From NCBI GenBank assembly GCA_964016885.1, contig OZ024753.1, positions 806,001-870,000 of the forward strand: a stretch of 64,000 nt of DNA, read 5' to 3'. Positions 12,997-25,851 of the stretch are shown here, piece by piece. The notes beneath the pieces are model-generated. The model saw nothing but the letters and a program-made list of their open reading frames with translations. It ran no database searches and was not told the origin of the DNA. The translations under genes and the position numbers were made by a program. The stretch comes from Eledone cirrhosa. Its lineage: Eukaryota. Every line of letters starts with the position of its first letter. Within the stretch, counting starts at the first letter, position 1.

Positions 12997-15900
12997 TACT
13001 TTTCATATATATTTAGAGTGATATCTGTTGCCTGACATTACAAGAGTGGAAACTTATCTTATCTAATAGCTGGCATGACTTATCTATTATTTATTTAATT
13101 AGAATAAAATTTGTTGTTAGATTTGTAGGATGGAAATATTTTTAAGACGCAGTTGCAGGTACAGGCAAGCAGTTGATGTTTTACATAGAGAATGAATTTA
13201 TTTTTAAAAATATATAAACACACGAATTAGAATTTTGTTAGTCTCTTTCAAATACAAAGCATTTGTCTAGAGTTGACTTGGCTTCATTCATCTCACTCTA
13301 TTTATTTTTTCCTTTTTAAATGAACAAAAAAAATTGTATATAGGACTACATTTTCCAATGTGCTCTTAATCTTTTCAGCATCTTACTCTCTATCTCTCTG
13401 CTTTTAATTTTCATTTCTAGTTTAGAGGTCACTGAGAAATCTATAGGGCTGGAACCAGAAAATATTGGTGCTCCTCTGTGGCGTTTGTCACTGTGTTTAT
13501 TATTATCTTGGATAATTGTGGTGGCTTGTTTGTATAGAGGAGTAAAATCTTCAGGAAAGGTAAAATACGTGATTTTTTTTTTTTAAGCATTGAATTTTAT
13601 AACACTTCCCATTCTTCAATGAAAAGATCACCTTAGGACAGCTACCATCCACAAACTGGAAGTCTACTAGTGTTAGGTTACATCATGTCTTACTCACTTC
13701 TTACTTTTTTCCTTCACCCTCCTGGGTCAAGGCATTTCACAGTAGAACAATGCCTCTGAGTCCCATGTTTTACCAAGTGCATTTTATTGTGACATCAACA
13801 CTAGGGAGGCTGCCATACCGTTGACATAACTGAAGAATTCTCTCAACTCTTTTAAGCATAGTTTTCTACAGTGGGGTGCCCTTCCTATGGTCAATGATTT
13901 GCATGATGCACCGGGTGCATTTTTGTGGCACCAACACTAAAAAGGTGTCTGTTATTGTCCCAACTGAATAGCCCTTTCTGCTCTGTGGTGGTGGGAGGGG
14001 GAGAATGGAGGCATATTTGAAGTTCTAAATGTATGGTGAGGGGTGATTTGACAGGATGATGAGTAGGGGGCAAGGTGTGATCTCTACCAATTGCCACCAG
14101 TTTCTATCATCATAATCATCATCATTTCATTTTACGTCTGCTTTTCCCTGCTTGCAAGGGTGGGACGGGAACTGATTCTGGCTTGATTTCTACAGCTGGA
14201 TGCCCTTCCTAACACCAACCTCATTTACAGTGAGTGCTGGGTGCTTTTTTGCCATGACACCTCCACGACCACTTTGCAGTGGAATGATATGGACCCCAGT
14301 CTCTATCATCTCATTTCTACAGCTGAGTAAACTGGAGCAATGTGAAATAAAGTGTCTTGCTCAAGGAAACAACACATCACCCGGTCTGAGAATTGAACTC
14401 ACAACCTTTCGATTGCAAGGCCAATGCCCTAACCACTAAGCCATGTGCCTCTATATGTTATTAAATTGCTAAAATGATTCTTCCATGCAGTAATTGTTTT
14501 AGCTTCAACACAATCTCACCTCAAATCACTTGCCAAATAATTACAACTCCATAATTGTTCAATATTAATTGAAAAATGAAGTGGGCAGTGGATTGGCAGT
14601 ATCGGTAGAGCATCAGACACCATGCTTTGCAGCATAGAATTATGGCCTTTTACGTTCTGAGTTCAAATCATGCCAAGGTTAACTTTGCCATTTATCCTTA
14701 CGGGGTCAATAAAATACAGCACCAATAATGCTCTAAGGTAATTGCTGGCCTTGTGCCAAAAGTAGAAACAATTGTTTGAATAACAAATAATTTTCTTTTT
14801 AAAAAACTCTTTTTCAGGTTGTCTATTTCACAGCCACGTTTCCATATTTAATTCTTCTGATTCTCTTGGTTCGTGGTTGTACATTGGATGGAGCTCAGAT
14901 AGGCATAGAAAAGTTTCTAATTCCGGATTGGAATAAATTTAGTGATTTGTCGGTAAGTTTTCACAAATATCTATGCTTACATTATTACTAAGATAACAAG
15001 ATGGAGTTGGCTGAAACACGAGATTGTCTGACTCCCATTGAAGTCAACATTGCATATCATCCTTCCAATTAATTCTTCTTTTTCGTCAGTTTCTGTGTAA
15101 GAAGAAACAATATATATATATCATCATCATTTTACGTCTGCTTTTCCCTGCTTGCAAGGGTGGGACGGGAACTGATTCTGGCTTGATTTCTACAGCTGGA
15201 TGCCCTTCCTAACACCAACCTCATTTACAGTGAGTGCTGGGTGCTTTTTTGCCGTGGCGCCTCCACGACCACTTTGCATTTCTACAGCTGAGTAAACTGG
15301 AGCAATGTGAAATAAAGTGTCTTGCTCAAGGAAACAACACATCACCCGGTCTGAGAATTGAACTCACAACCTTTCGATTGCCAGCCAATGCTCTAACCAC
15401 TAAGCCATGTGCCTCCATTTTATATATATATATATATATAAAACCAAAGATTAATACAATTTTATAATACTGGAATTGTATAATCAAAACCGTAGCGATA
15501 TGTCACATATCAAATCTTATATTTTATCTGATGAAAACGTACTTAAACACCATTGTACCTTTGAAGTATGTATAATAAAATATATATTTTGATTATGAGA
15601 ATATTTTTCAATTATTAATATTTTGAATAAAGAGAGAGAGAGAGAGAGGAGGGGGGCATACTTCATTAATATATTTTTCATATGTTTTCCCTGTAGATGT
15701 GGGTGGATGCAGCCGGCCAAATGTTTTTCTCACTCAGTGTCTGTTTTGGAGGTATCATCATGTTTGGTAGTTTCAACAAGTTTTCAAATAATATTTATAT
15801 GTAAGTGAACCACTGACAATATTGCCTCTTGTTCTTTTAGCACCATTATCCATAGACACAGGCGTAGGTGTGGGGTTAAAAGTGTTTTGCAATCATTAGA

Positions 15901-17188
15901 TCCTAGGTTTGATTCCCCTGTGTGGCATCTTAAGCAAGAGTCATTTACCATAGTTTTAAGATGACCCATGCCAAGTTTGTAAGCTTGTTGGATGGAGTGT
16001 TAATAATTCAAAGGGACAGCCATGTTACATACTATGTCATGCTGAATTTTCTTTATAATTTCATTATGGGTACACATGTGTATGGAATGCTCAACCCCAT
16101 GCATGAGCAAGCTTTTCCAGTAATTGAACTAGAACATTGCTTGTTAAAATTAACGGAAGTCAATTCCACTCGCATCCATGGTGACAGGCATAGCTGTGGT
16201 ATTAAGGAGTTCACCACCACATGGTCCTGAGTTCAGTTAAGTTGCATAACATCTTGGTTAAACAACTGGAACCTTCCTTCAGAGTCATCAGAACCAAGGA
16301 AGGTTCTCTCTTCTCTTCCATCTCATTGTATTGGTAAAGACCCCTTTCGGTCATGAATGACCATGGGATTTCCACCTAGAAAGTTCCCCTCTGAGGCACA
16401 AGCCAGAGCAAGGTGTATTTGTGGAAGACCAGCAGTCGCCCATGCAAACCAGCCTCCTCTCCCCACGCCACTGATGTTGTCCAAGGGAAAAGCAACAGTC
16501 AATACAACTTGGCACCAGTGATGTCGCAACTCATTTCTACAGCTGAGTAAACTTGAGCAACGTGAAATAAAGTGTTTTGCTTAAAAACACAGCACATCAC
16601 TTGATCTGAGAATCGAACTCACAATCTCCCAATTGCAATCTCTATGCTCTAACCACTAAGCCACGTGCCTTCACATTGTATCATGTCTATTTAACGTGCT
16701 CTGGTTAATTTTGTTGTTATCTGGTCTATTTCAGAGACTCTCTCATTATTAGTGTGATGGATTTAGTGACTAGCATCATTGCTGGGTTTGTCATCTTCAG
16801 TGTACTTGGAGGTTTATCAGCTGAATCAAATATTGATATTGATGATTTAGCTGAAGGAGGTAATCGAAAACATTTATTTCATTATTGTTATACATACTTG
16901 TGTGTATATATGTATATGTGTGCGTGTATGTATGTATGTATGTGTGTATATATGTGTGTATATATGTGTGTGTGTGTGTGCGTGCGAGTGCATGTATATG
17001 TATGTGTGTACGTATGTGTGTCTGCGATAAGAATCAATTATAGAGGAACTAGATTCAACCAATGATTGAAGTTGACACAGAAATCCAAGTCAAATGTGTA
17101 CTCCAATGTATGTACCTAATATGTCATTGACACTGTTTACAATATATCAATGTTTTTGACACGTGCTTGCTATTTGTCATCAGCACCG

Positions 17189-17230
<42 letters not shown>

Positions 17231-17421
17231 ATGTGTGTGTGTGTATGTGTATGTGTGTGTGTGTGTGTGTATGTATGTGTGTGTGTATATATATATATAT
17301 GTATGTGTGTGTGTATATATATATGTGTGTGTGTATATATATATGTATGTGTGTGTATATATATATGTATGTGTGTGTGTATATATATATGTATGTGTGT
17401 GTATATATATGTATGTGTGTG

Positions 17422-17452
<31 letters not shown>

Positions 17453-17497
17453 GTATGTGTGTGTGTATATATATATGTATGTGTGTGTATATATATA

Positions 17498-17542
<45 letters not shown>

Positions 17543-17549
17543 ATATATG

Positions 17550-17618
<69 letters not shown>

Positions 17619-20600
17619 ATGTATACATATGTATATATAGACATATGAATTCTGGCCGGATATGGCTAGTTTAATTGCTAAAGGGTTAATGATCATTTTA
17701 GAGCATAATCACCATCCAAACTTTTTGAGTTGCCAAACAATGTTATTGTTCCCATTCGGTGGATTGGCAGTATCGGTAGAGGGTCGGACACCATGCTTTG
17801 CAGCATACAGTTACGGCCCTTTATGATCTGAGTTCAAATCCCACTGAAGTTTCTTACGGGGTCAATAAAATAAAGTACCAGTCACACACTGGGGTCGATT
17901 TAATCAACTTTCCCCTCCCCCTAAATTGCTGGCCTTGTGCCTATATAAGAAACCATTGTTGTTGGTAATGAAGTGTTTTAATATACATAAAAATAAATAT
18001 CTTTTCAGGTTTTGAGTTGGCCTTTGTTGTGTATCCAGAAGCTTTGGCACGTCTGCCTGTTCCACAGTTGTGGTCAATTCTATTTTTCTTCATGTTATTT
18101 ACCCTGGGTCTTGATAGTGAGGTAAGAAAATATTGACTGGAACTTTATCATGATCATTTCATCGTTTTTAACAACCAGCATTCAGTGTTTTGATCTTCTA
18201 AATGTCCGACCCATGAATTAGCATATCAGTGGCTGAGTATTCCATAGACATATGTACACATAACATAACTTAAAGACAGAACCAGTAAGAGTGACAATAT
18301 GGGACAAAGCTGGATGTTTTAATTACAGGTACCATATTACATTACAAGTACCATATTTTAGTGTAGATGGTTGAGTATTCCACATGTACCTCTACCTTCT
18401 GAATTAATTCCTTATCTGAATCAGCCTGACATAATATGTCACAAACCTGGATCTTTGAATTATCAATACAGTCCATGCTATGGACTTTCATTCAGTTTCT
18501 GTCTCTACCATTTCATTCACAAGGCTTTGGTTGACATGAAGCTATGGTAAAGACATTTAGCTAGGATGCTATGCCGTGTGATCAATTATGGAATCTCATG
18601 TTTGTGAAATGAACTTCCTAACCATTCAGTCATGCTTACGTCCATTTAATATACTACTTCAATCAAACAAGAATCACTCTATTCATCTTGTAATACAGCA
18701 GTCACCACAGACCATTGCTGATCCGAGAGAAAATGTTGGTGGTCTGCCAAAAAATGTGGACATTATTTGCAATTTTTATGCTTTATTAATAATAAAACCA
18801 AAATAATATTCAGTTAAAATATATTTTATATCCCCCCCCCCCATTAAAAATGTTTCTCCTCAGTAAAGAACTAATATCCATGAATGAATTTTACACATAT
18901 GTATCATCTATCGACAATATGTCACTTCACATTTTAAATTCTATACTTATGCTTGCATTTTACGAAACCTGCTGTTGAGAAATCCCTTTTATTTTTTCTC
19001 CATTTTTATTTCATGTATTGAAAAATATTCTCTTTCTTCACATTTCAGTTTGCTCTCCTTGAGACAGTGCTCACATGCCTTCAAGATGAATACCCAAAAC
19101 TTCGAAAATATAAGGGGCTACTTTGCATGGGCTTTGGCATTACATGTTTCTTTCTTGCTTTACCCTGTGTTTGTCCTGTGAGTTACATTTTTATAGTTAC
19201 CTTCTATTTTATTCCTATAATAATGATTTCTTGCTTTGCTACAAGACCATATTTTAACCCTTTGATACCAAACCTGATTTAAACAAAGCTGATTTCTTCC
19301 AGCAAAACAAAGAGATAGAGATAAAGAATTGACCCAATATTGTACTGCTATTTTATTTATTGAACTCGAAAGAATGAAAGGTAAAGCTGACTTCTGCAGG
19401 TTTGGAACTTAGAGAGCTGGAACAAATAGCAGAAAGCATTGAATCCAATGTTCAAATGCCTTAGGCTGACTTATCATTGACAAACAGGTTGTGGAATCTT
19501 ATAGGTATTCAGTTGCAGGGTAAGTCTAAAAGTTAAAGAAAAGTTAAAGTTTGTCCCAGCTCTGGAGGCTCATCAAACCAGTGTTTATCCCAGTTTTATC
19601 AGTGTTAAGCAACTGAAAGTATGAGACTCACCTCTGGACAAGATGCCAGTCTAGTGGGTTAATTCCCAGCTGCTGCTGGCACACATTTTCAGCTAAGTGT
19701 ACTGAAGCAACATAAAATTAAGTATTTTGCTCAATGCACCATTCAGTCCAGGAATGAAACCCACAACGTTACCATTGTTAATCCAACACCCTCACCCCTA
19801 GGCCACATATGTGGAATCACTAATATTTTCATTTTGCTGAAAAAGTCATTTGTGATGCTTTTAGAGGTCAGATTAGTTGAAATCACATGAAAAAAACTGG
19901 AGAAAAATTTCTGACAGAACTAGAGATGAATGTTTTATTAAAAATTTACAGTGATTCTTACATCTATGAATCTTCTTGTTTAGGGTGGAACCTATGTTGT
20001 AACTATGCTTGATGGATATGCGGCAGATTTTTCAGTGCTTTGTGTAGCATCGTGTGAGCTTATTGCTGTTATGTGGGTATATGGTAAGATCTTTTATTAG
20101 TTTAATCCTTCTGATACTGACTGAGATCACTCCCGATTCAATGATATAGTGTTGTTTGTTTTAAAGTGTTCAAATTTAAATTAAAAACTACCATCAATAT
20201 ATTATGTAAGAAAATTTTATCAAGCATGTTTCAAATGTCAGCTTAATAATGAAAAATCTAGTTGTTTACTAAATCACTCAAAATTCTTCATTATTTTTTG
20301 GCAGTATCAGTAGAGAGTCGGACGCCATGCTTTCCAGCATAGTTACGTCCCTTTCCATTCTGAGTTCAAATCCTGCCGGGGTTAACTTTGCCTTTCATCC
20401 TTACAGGGTCGATAAAATAAAGTACCAGTAATGCACTGGGTAATTGCTAGCCCTGTGCCTAAAAGTAGAACAATTATTTTCCAAATTAATTGAAAGTTAT
20501 AGGCAGTGCCTATAACTATTTCATATTGTAAGAAAAGGATTGAAAACAGAGGCAAAGTATTTCATTAGAAGTATGGTAATGAAAGGATTGAGGACAGAGG

Positions 20601-23600
20601 CAGTGTCTTTTATTAGAAATATGGTAATGAAAGGGTTAAACAACATACAGTATCTTTCATTAGAAATATTGTCATGGAAGGGTTAATGACATAGGTAGTG
20701 TCTTTCATTAGAAATATGGTATGAAAGGGTTAATGACATAGGTAGAGTATTTTGTTAAAAGTATGCTAAGGAAAGGGTTAGTGAGGTTTTTTACTTTTGT
20801 TTAATTGCTTAATGGGTTAGTATGTAAAATGAGCATTGTGGTGTTTGTAATGTGAGCACTGTGGTGTTTGTAATGTGAGCACTGTGGTGTTTGTAATGTG
20901 AGCACTGTGGTGTTTGTAAGGTCAACACTGTGGTGTATGGATAATATCCCACCCATGTAAGACTGCCACATTTTCAGTATCAAATTAAAGTGAGCCCAGC
21001 ACACCCTGTAAAGTGGTAGATGTGATGCTGTGATAAAATGCACCAAGTACATGCTGTAAATTGGTAGTGCTGTGGTCATGGTAAAATGCATCCTGCTCAA
21101 TCTGTAAAGTATTAGTGCTAGTGACAGTATATGATGGGGCCATGATAGAATGCACCCAGATGCTGTAAAGTGGTTGGTATTAGAAAGAGCATCCAACCAT
21201 AGAAACTAGGCCAAATTGAAATGTATGAACAGGATGTTGTCATCCAGAATGATTAGTGTTAACATAGGGCTACACAACCCTAATGGAAATAACATCCCTA
21301 TGTATGTCTTTAATTTAGGTCTAAATCAACAACAACAAAATAAATAAATAGTCCTTTGTATGTCTTTGATTCTTTTAAAAAATTTCAGTCTTTTGTTTCT
21401 AGGTGTTCGAAGATTTATGGCCAACATAAAATATATGATTGGGTATACACCCCACCCAGCTTTCTTCTGGATATTCTGCTGGAGTGTTTGTGCACCAATC
21501 CTTATTATAGTAAGAGGATTTTAAACATTTTCTTTTCTTTGTCATATACATATTTCCTTCTTTTTTCAGATTCTATCACAATTATTGTGGCAGAGTGTGA
21601 AGTTTCTAAACAAAAGCAAAAGAAGCACGACAATGTTTCAAGTTATCACAAATGTGACATGTTTTACAAAACAAACACACACGCAAACAGAGAGAGGGGG
21701 GTGAGCAAACAATGGCTTTCTGTAGTAAGAAAGCAGCTTGCAAATATGGATCCACTCATGAGCAGGGTACAGAGAGATCAACTGGCCAAACCCCTCTCAT
21801 AGCGGTGCCACCCAGTTCCACACTGTAAACGTTGTTGGTGTTAGTAGGGGCATCCAGCTGTAAAACACCTACCCAAAATAGTTCTGTTTGAGCAAGATAT
21901 GGCACGGCCAACTGGCCAGACTTGTAACATGGACACTTTGTATGAGCCATGCAATCATGGAAATAAGACATTAAACAGTAGTGGTGGTGATGATGATGAT
22001 ATATATATATATACACACACACAGCGAAGGCATGTCGCTGAGGTCTAAGAGAATTGGATTCGTAATTGCGAGGTTGTGATTTTCATTCCTGGACTGGGCG
22101 ATGCGTTATATCCTTGAGCAAGACACTTTATTTCACATTGCTCCTTCTACCTGGAGTTGCGACTGATAGAGAGTATTACCAATTGGAAAGACTAACAGAA
22201 ACATTGTTTCCACGGTCTGATTTGACTTTGACAAAAGTCGATCGACTGTCAATACACACACACACATATACATATGAGGATTCCTTTCGATTGAAACAGT
22301 TCTAGTCCTGTAGAAGCCATTTCTATATAAAATTTGATTTATACATACATACATACATGGTGGCTGCCAACTCGTTTTCGAGTACGGCCACTACTTTATA
22401 TCCATGTAGGAGAACCCCTACCGATGCGCTGAACGAGTGTGACATTTTAGTCCAGCCAGCGACTTGAAAACTCTGGTACAAACACTACACTTGTGACAAT
22501 TATTGACACATAGTGTTGGGCCCATGGTACCATGTGACGACAAGTGCAGAGAGATCTCCAGATATAAAGCAATGCCTGTGCCGAGAAGCTTTTATAGTGA
22601 GCAAAGGCACTGCACAAAGCCAGTCCCACTCTCTTAACCAAGATGATATTTACCAAAAAGAAGAACAAGTCAACATCATTGGATACCATCAGGGTTGCAG
22701 GTGTTATATCAGAGTTTTCCTTCTCCTAGAATTCTGCCTTGACAAAGGCTAAGGGGTCATCTCTCCTGGTGATTTTGGATGGACATTGACTCTTAAGAGC
22801 TCCTTTGCCCTTTGACAGGTTTTGTTTTTAGTCCTGCAGGATGTCCAAAGTCACCCACCTCACCAAGAAACCTTGGTGGGGTTGCCAGTTTAGTCGCCAA
22901 CGACCCGACCATGAGACAGGTTGTACTGTCATACATACATACATACATACATACATACATACACACAAATAAAAGAAAGTAGGTAACTAAATACTATACA
23001 AGGGAATAAGTTACCTCATGTGTCGGTCGTTGAAAGTGGTGGGAGTGGATCGGCTAGAAATAATAGCCTAAATTCACTCAACTTGTCTCTACATATATAT
23101 ATAGAGAAAGATAGATATATATATACATCATCATCATCATCATTTTATGTCCGCTTTTCCTTGCTTGCAAGGGTTGGACGGGTCCTATTCAGCACAGCAT
23201 CTCTCCACTTGTCACGGTCCTTCGTCCTCTCCTCGGTGAGTTTCAGCGATCTGAGGTCTGCTCTCACCACCTCCGCCCATGTTTTACGTGGTCTACCTCT
23301 ACTGCGTCTTCCTTCTACTGGGATTTCTTGGCACTTCTTTACTCAGCGGTCATCCTCCATGTGCATCACATGTCCATACCATCTCAGCCTTCTCTCCTGC
23401 ACACCACAACTTATCTCTCTTATACCCAGTTTCTTTCTCAACTCGTCTATGATTGGTCATTCACGAACATTGACATTGCACATCCAACAGAGCATACTTG
23501 CTTCATTTCTCTCCAGCCGTTGCATATTCTCTGCAGTTGCTGCCCATTTCTCACTACCATGCAGCATCGCGCCTCTCACACAGGCATCATATAACCGTCC

Positions 23601-23824
23601 TTTCGTACGCAGGGAGAAACCCTTCTTTGTCAACAAAGGAAGCAGCTCCCTAAACTTCTTCCAACCCGTCCTTATTGTAGATAATATGGCCTCAGAACAC
23701 CCCCTCACATGCTAATCTGATCACCTAGGTACCGGAAGCTATCAACCACTTCTATAGAACCCACCTGCATTGGAAAAATGTGTCTATCACTGCGATTACT
23801 ACTGCCAACTTTCCCTGTACATCT

Positions 23825-23869
<45 letters not shown>

Positions 23870-25395
23870 CACTTTGTTTACAAACCAAAGAATTTAAGAG
23901 TTTAAGGCATTTAATAACTAACAATTGCTAAAATAAATACAAAAAAAGAAACTGCAGTTGAACACACTTTTTAATCCACCATTCAATTTAAATATATCAA
24001 CTAATGTACCTAAGTTCTTCTCTATAATAGATAGGAACTTCTAACCGGGGCATAGATACCCTAGCCTAATTAACAAAAATACAATTAAACTCTCTTTCTC
24101 AACCACACCTACTATTTGTTGTTATCTGCATTGGTGGATTGGCAGTATCGGTAGAGGGTCGGACGCCATGCTTTGCAGCACAGTTACGTCTCTTTACGGA
24201 CTGAGTTCAAATCCCGCCGAGGTTAACTTTGCCTTTCATCCTTATGGGGTCGATAAAATAAAGTACCAGTAATACACTGGGATAATTGCTGGCCTTGTAC
24301 CAAAAGTAGAAACAGTTATCTGCATTATGGTGGCTTTCTGAAGTAGCAAACATATTTTCAAATGTTCCTAATGTTTTGTAAACAAACCAAATGATTATAA
24401 ATAATTTTATGTCTGACACTCTTAACCCTTTCATTACCATGATGTTGCCTATAGGTTTTAAATAATTTTGAAAATAATCAAGAATTTGCATGGATTAAGT
24501 AAAACAATTAACTTTAACATTATTAATACCTTAACATTTAAACCAACCGTATCCGACCAGAATTCTCTCACCTCTTTCTGTTCAAACCAGCCATAACTGG
24601 CTGCTCATACTGATGTTAAGGTATTGTTCTCAAAATAAATAACATCAGAATCTCATAAATTCGATATTATCGATATTATGTGAGATAATTATGTGAGTAT
24701 ATATAGAGTAATGTAAATGTTAAAGGGTTGAACTAGTATTTGAAGTATAATTTAACAAAGGTTCTTAGATAGAATTATAAGGGAAGGTTTTTTAGATAAA
24801 TATAAGCACTTTAAAAATAACAACCAGACAATAATGGGTTGTCTCAGCTTTTGTATAAAAAAAGGGTTAACAAAAACCCCCAAAAATAAAATATGAAACT
24901 TTATTTCTATTTCCAGATGCTTTTCATTTACCGTATGATACGATACAGTCCACCGAAATATGAAAATGGTGAAGATTTCCCACAATTTGCTCAGAGCATT
25001 GGTTGGTTTTTATCTGCAGTGTGTTTATGCCCAATTCCACTCTATTTCATCTACAGCTTCATTTGTGAAAGTGGAAACCCTTTGGAGGTATGTAATGCAC
25101 TTTTGGATACCATAGAGTACAGGCATACTCATATGTATGTATGTATGTATATATATATATATATATATAAAGATTTACATATATATATATATATCCAGAA
25201 ATAGCTGTCGAAACGGCTTCAGCTCTGTCATCCTAAATATATATATATATATATATATGAGAGAGATTGGATCACAGTCATCTGCCCATAGAAGGTCATG
25301 GATGAAAGAGCTGAAGACTTTAGAGTTGAATCTCATTCTAGTCAAATTGAACACATTGCCTGAAGAGTGATATCAGATAAAGACTCCGTCTGTTG

Positions 25396-25429
<34 letters not shown>

Positions 25430-25851
25430 GTGCTTATAGTGGAAATCATTATATATACCATATATAAAGTGGTTGAAGAAGGATCGTATTTCAAATGGAG
25501 AATCACTTAATTTAAATAGTTTAGTATAGAATGTACATGATACAGTTTTGAATCTATGGTAAGGCGTGATACTAATAGATAAGAATAATAACATTGAGTC
25601 TAAAATCTTCAGACATGAAATACTCAAGAAGTTTTGGGTGGATTAATAAAATAAATAATCTGTGTTTGGAGGATGATTTAACCCTTTTCATACCCACTTT
25701 GCCAATTCTTATTTTCTTTCACCCTAAACAGCGACTACGGAAGATTACCACCCCTACAGATGAATGGAAGCCTGCTGGAGCTAATAAGAAAGTCCCAGTT
25801 GTTGATTTACCCATGAAAGGAATGGACAATAAAGCCTTTGATAAGATATAA
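3852..25851 (+). CDS. SLC6 (NSS) sodium-dependent amino-acid transporter, NAT/NAAT1-like; spliced gene, 14 coding exons seen, 5' start exon not identified
   Basis: GT-AG exons join in frame (1833 nt incl. stop, 610 aa). SLC6 motifs [83 protein letters not shown]. Gly rather than Asp in TM1 indicates an amino-acid, not monoamine, substrate. Confidence 0.95.
5380..5542. repeat. Degenerate ~27-bp tandem repeat
   Basis: Unit tctaggatattgtcaacatattgtgta. Confidence 0.8.
5724..6571 (+). mobile_element. RTE LINE fragment (RT, part of PHD) joined directly to the 3' tail by an internal deletion
   Basis: Highly similar to ~30101-30808 ([12 protein letters not shown]...YADD), then jumps to the ggtgttaggaagggcatcc...gatgatga tail. 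Confidence 0.92.
6955..7785 (+). mobile_element. Degenerate RTE LINE 3' fragment
   Basis: [24 protein letters not shown] remnants; tgatga tail. Confidence 0.85.
8109..8394. mobile_element. hAT-type MITE
   Basis: 15-bp TIR CAGGGGTTCTCAACC; 8-bp TSD gtctatac/gtctatag. Confidence 0.9.
8466..8597 (+). CDS. SLC6 transporter exon (TM2)
   Basis: [44 protein letters not shown]; tag acceptor, gtaaga donor. Confidence 0.95.
9009..9400 (+). mobile_element. tRNA/CORE-type SINE family B with RTE-derived tail; other copies 14124-14450(-), 15121-15416(-), 16334-16670(-), 22025-22150(+)
   Basis: A-box tggcttagtgg, B-box gagttcaattc, CORE-like ccttgagcaagacactt, 3' tail ggtgttaggaagggcatccagctgtagaaa shared with the RTE LINE. 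Confidence 0.85.
9721..9848 (+). CDS. SLC6 transporter exon (TM3, start of EL2)
   Basis: [43 protein letters not shown]; gtaagt donor. Confidence 0.95.
10300..11300 (-). mobile_element. Penelope-like element RT fragment
   Basis: Fragmented frames: [43 protein letters not shown]. Confidence 0.85.
12120..12283 (+). CDS. SLC6 transporter exon (Cys-rich extracellular loop 2)
   Basis: tttttcag acceptor; [54 protein letters not shown]; phases 0/2 match both neighbours; gttagt donor. Confidence 0.85.
12338..12850 (+). mobile_element. Degenerate BovB-like RTE C-terminal fragment with C2H2-type remnants
   Basis: [15 protein letters not shown]; [12 protein letters not shown]; [14 protein letters not shown]. 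Confidence 0.7.
13421..13559 (+). CDS. SLC6 transporter exon (TM4)
   Basis: [46 protein letters not shown]; gtaaaa donor. Confidence 0.93.
14818..14952 (+). CDS. SLC6 transporter exon (TM5)
   Basis: [45 protein letters not shown]; gtaagt donor. Confidence 0.95.
15697..15800 (+). CDS. SLC6 transporter exon (TM6)
   Basis: [34 protein letters not shown]; gtaagt donor. Confidence 0.95.
16735..16859 (+). CDS. SLC6 transporter exon (TM7)
   Basis: [41 protein letters not shown]; gtaatc donor. Confidence 0.95.
17184..17640. repeat. Compound (TA)n/(TG)n microsatellite
   Basis: Direct reading. Confidence 0.98.
18009..18121 (+). CDS. SLC6 transporter exon (EL4, TM8)
   Basis: [38 protein letters not shown]; gtaaga donor. 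Confidence 0.95.
19049..19177 (+). CDS. SLC6 transporter exon (TM8 end, TM9)
   Basis: [43 protein letters not shown]; gtgagt donor. Confidence 0.95.
19984..20083 (+). CDS. SLC6 transporter exon (TM10)
   Basis: [33 protein letters not shown]; gtaaga donor. Confidence 0.95.
21403..21509 (+). CDS. SLC6 transporter exon (TM11)
   Basis: [36 protein letters not shown]; gtaaga donor. Confidence 0.93.
23126..23828 (-). mobile_element. RTE LINE 3' fragment
   Basis: [27 protein letters not shown]...[10 protein letters not shown]; (TCA)n tail on + strand. Confidence 0.9.
24133..24318 (+). mobile_element. tRNA-derived SINE family A, representative copy; others near 25-300, 8765, 14585, 17758, 20299, 28500, 40040, 55894-56187, 56880
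   Basis: A-box tggcagtatcgg, B-box gagttcaaatc, central gcctttcatcc..ggggtcgataaa..agtaccag (Meta-domain-like, from memory), tail agaaacaatt. Confidence 0.85.
24917..25087 (+). CDS. SLC6 transporter exon (TM12)
   Basis: [57 protein letters not shown]; gtatgt donor. Confidence 0.93.
25732..25851 (+). CDS. SLC6 transporter last coding exon
   Basis: [39 protein letters not shown]; RL..P..W.P pattern typical of SLC6 C-termini. Confidence 0.9.
   Translation, partial: RLRKITTPTDEWKPAGANKKVPVVDLPMKGMDNKAFDKI

Noticed and set aside
17150-17696. Cys/Val/Tyr/His-rich ORFs in six frames
   Set aside because: (TA)/(TG) microsatellite artefact.
3852-25851. Specific gene symbol (SLC6A5/A7/A9 or a monoamine transporter)
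   Set aside because: TM1 Gly argues against monoamine transporters; orthology among amino-acid SLC6s needs a phylogeny.
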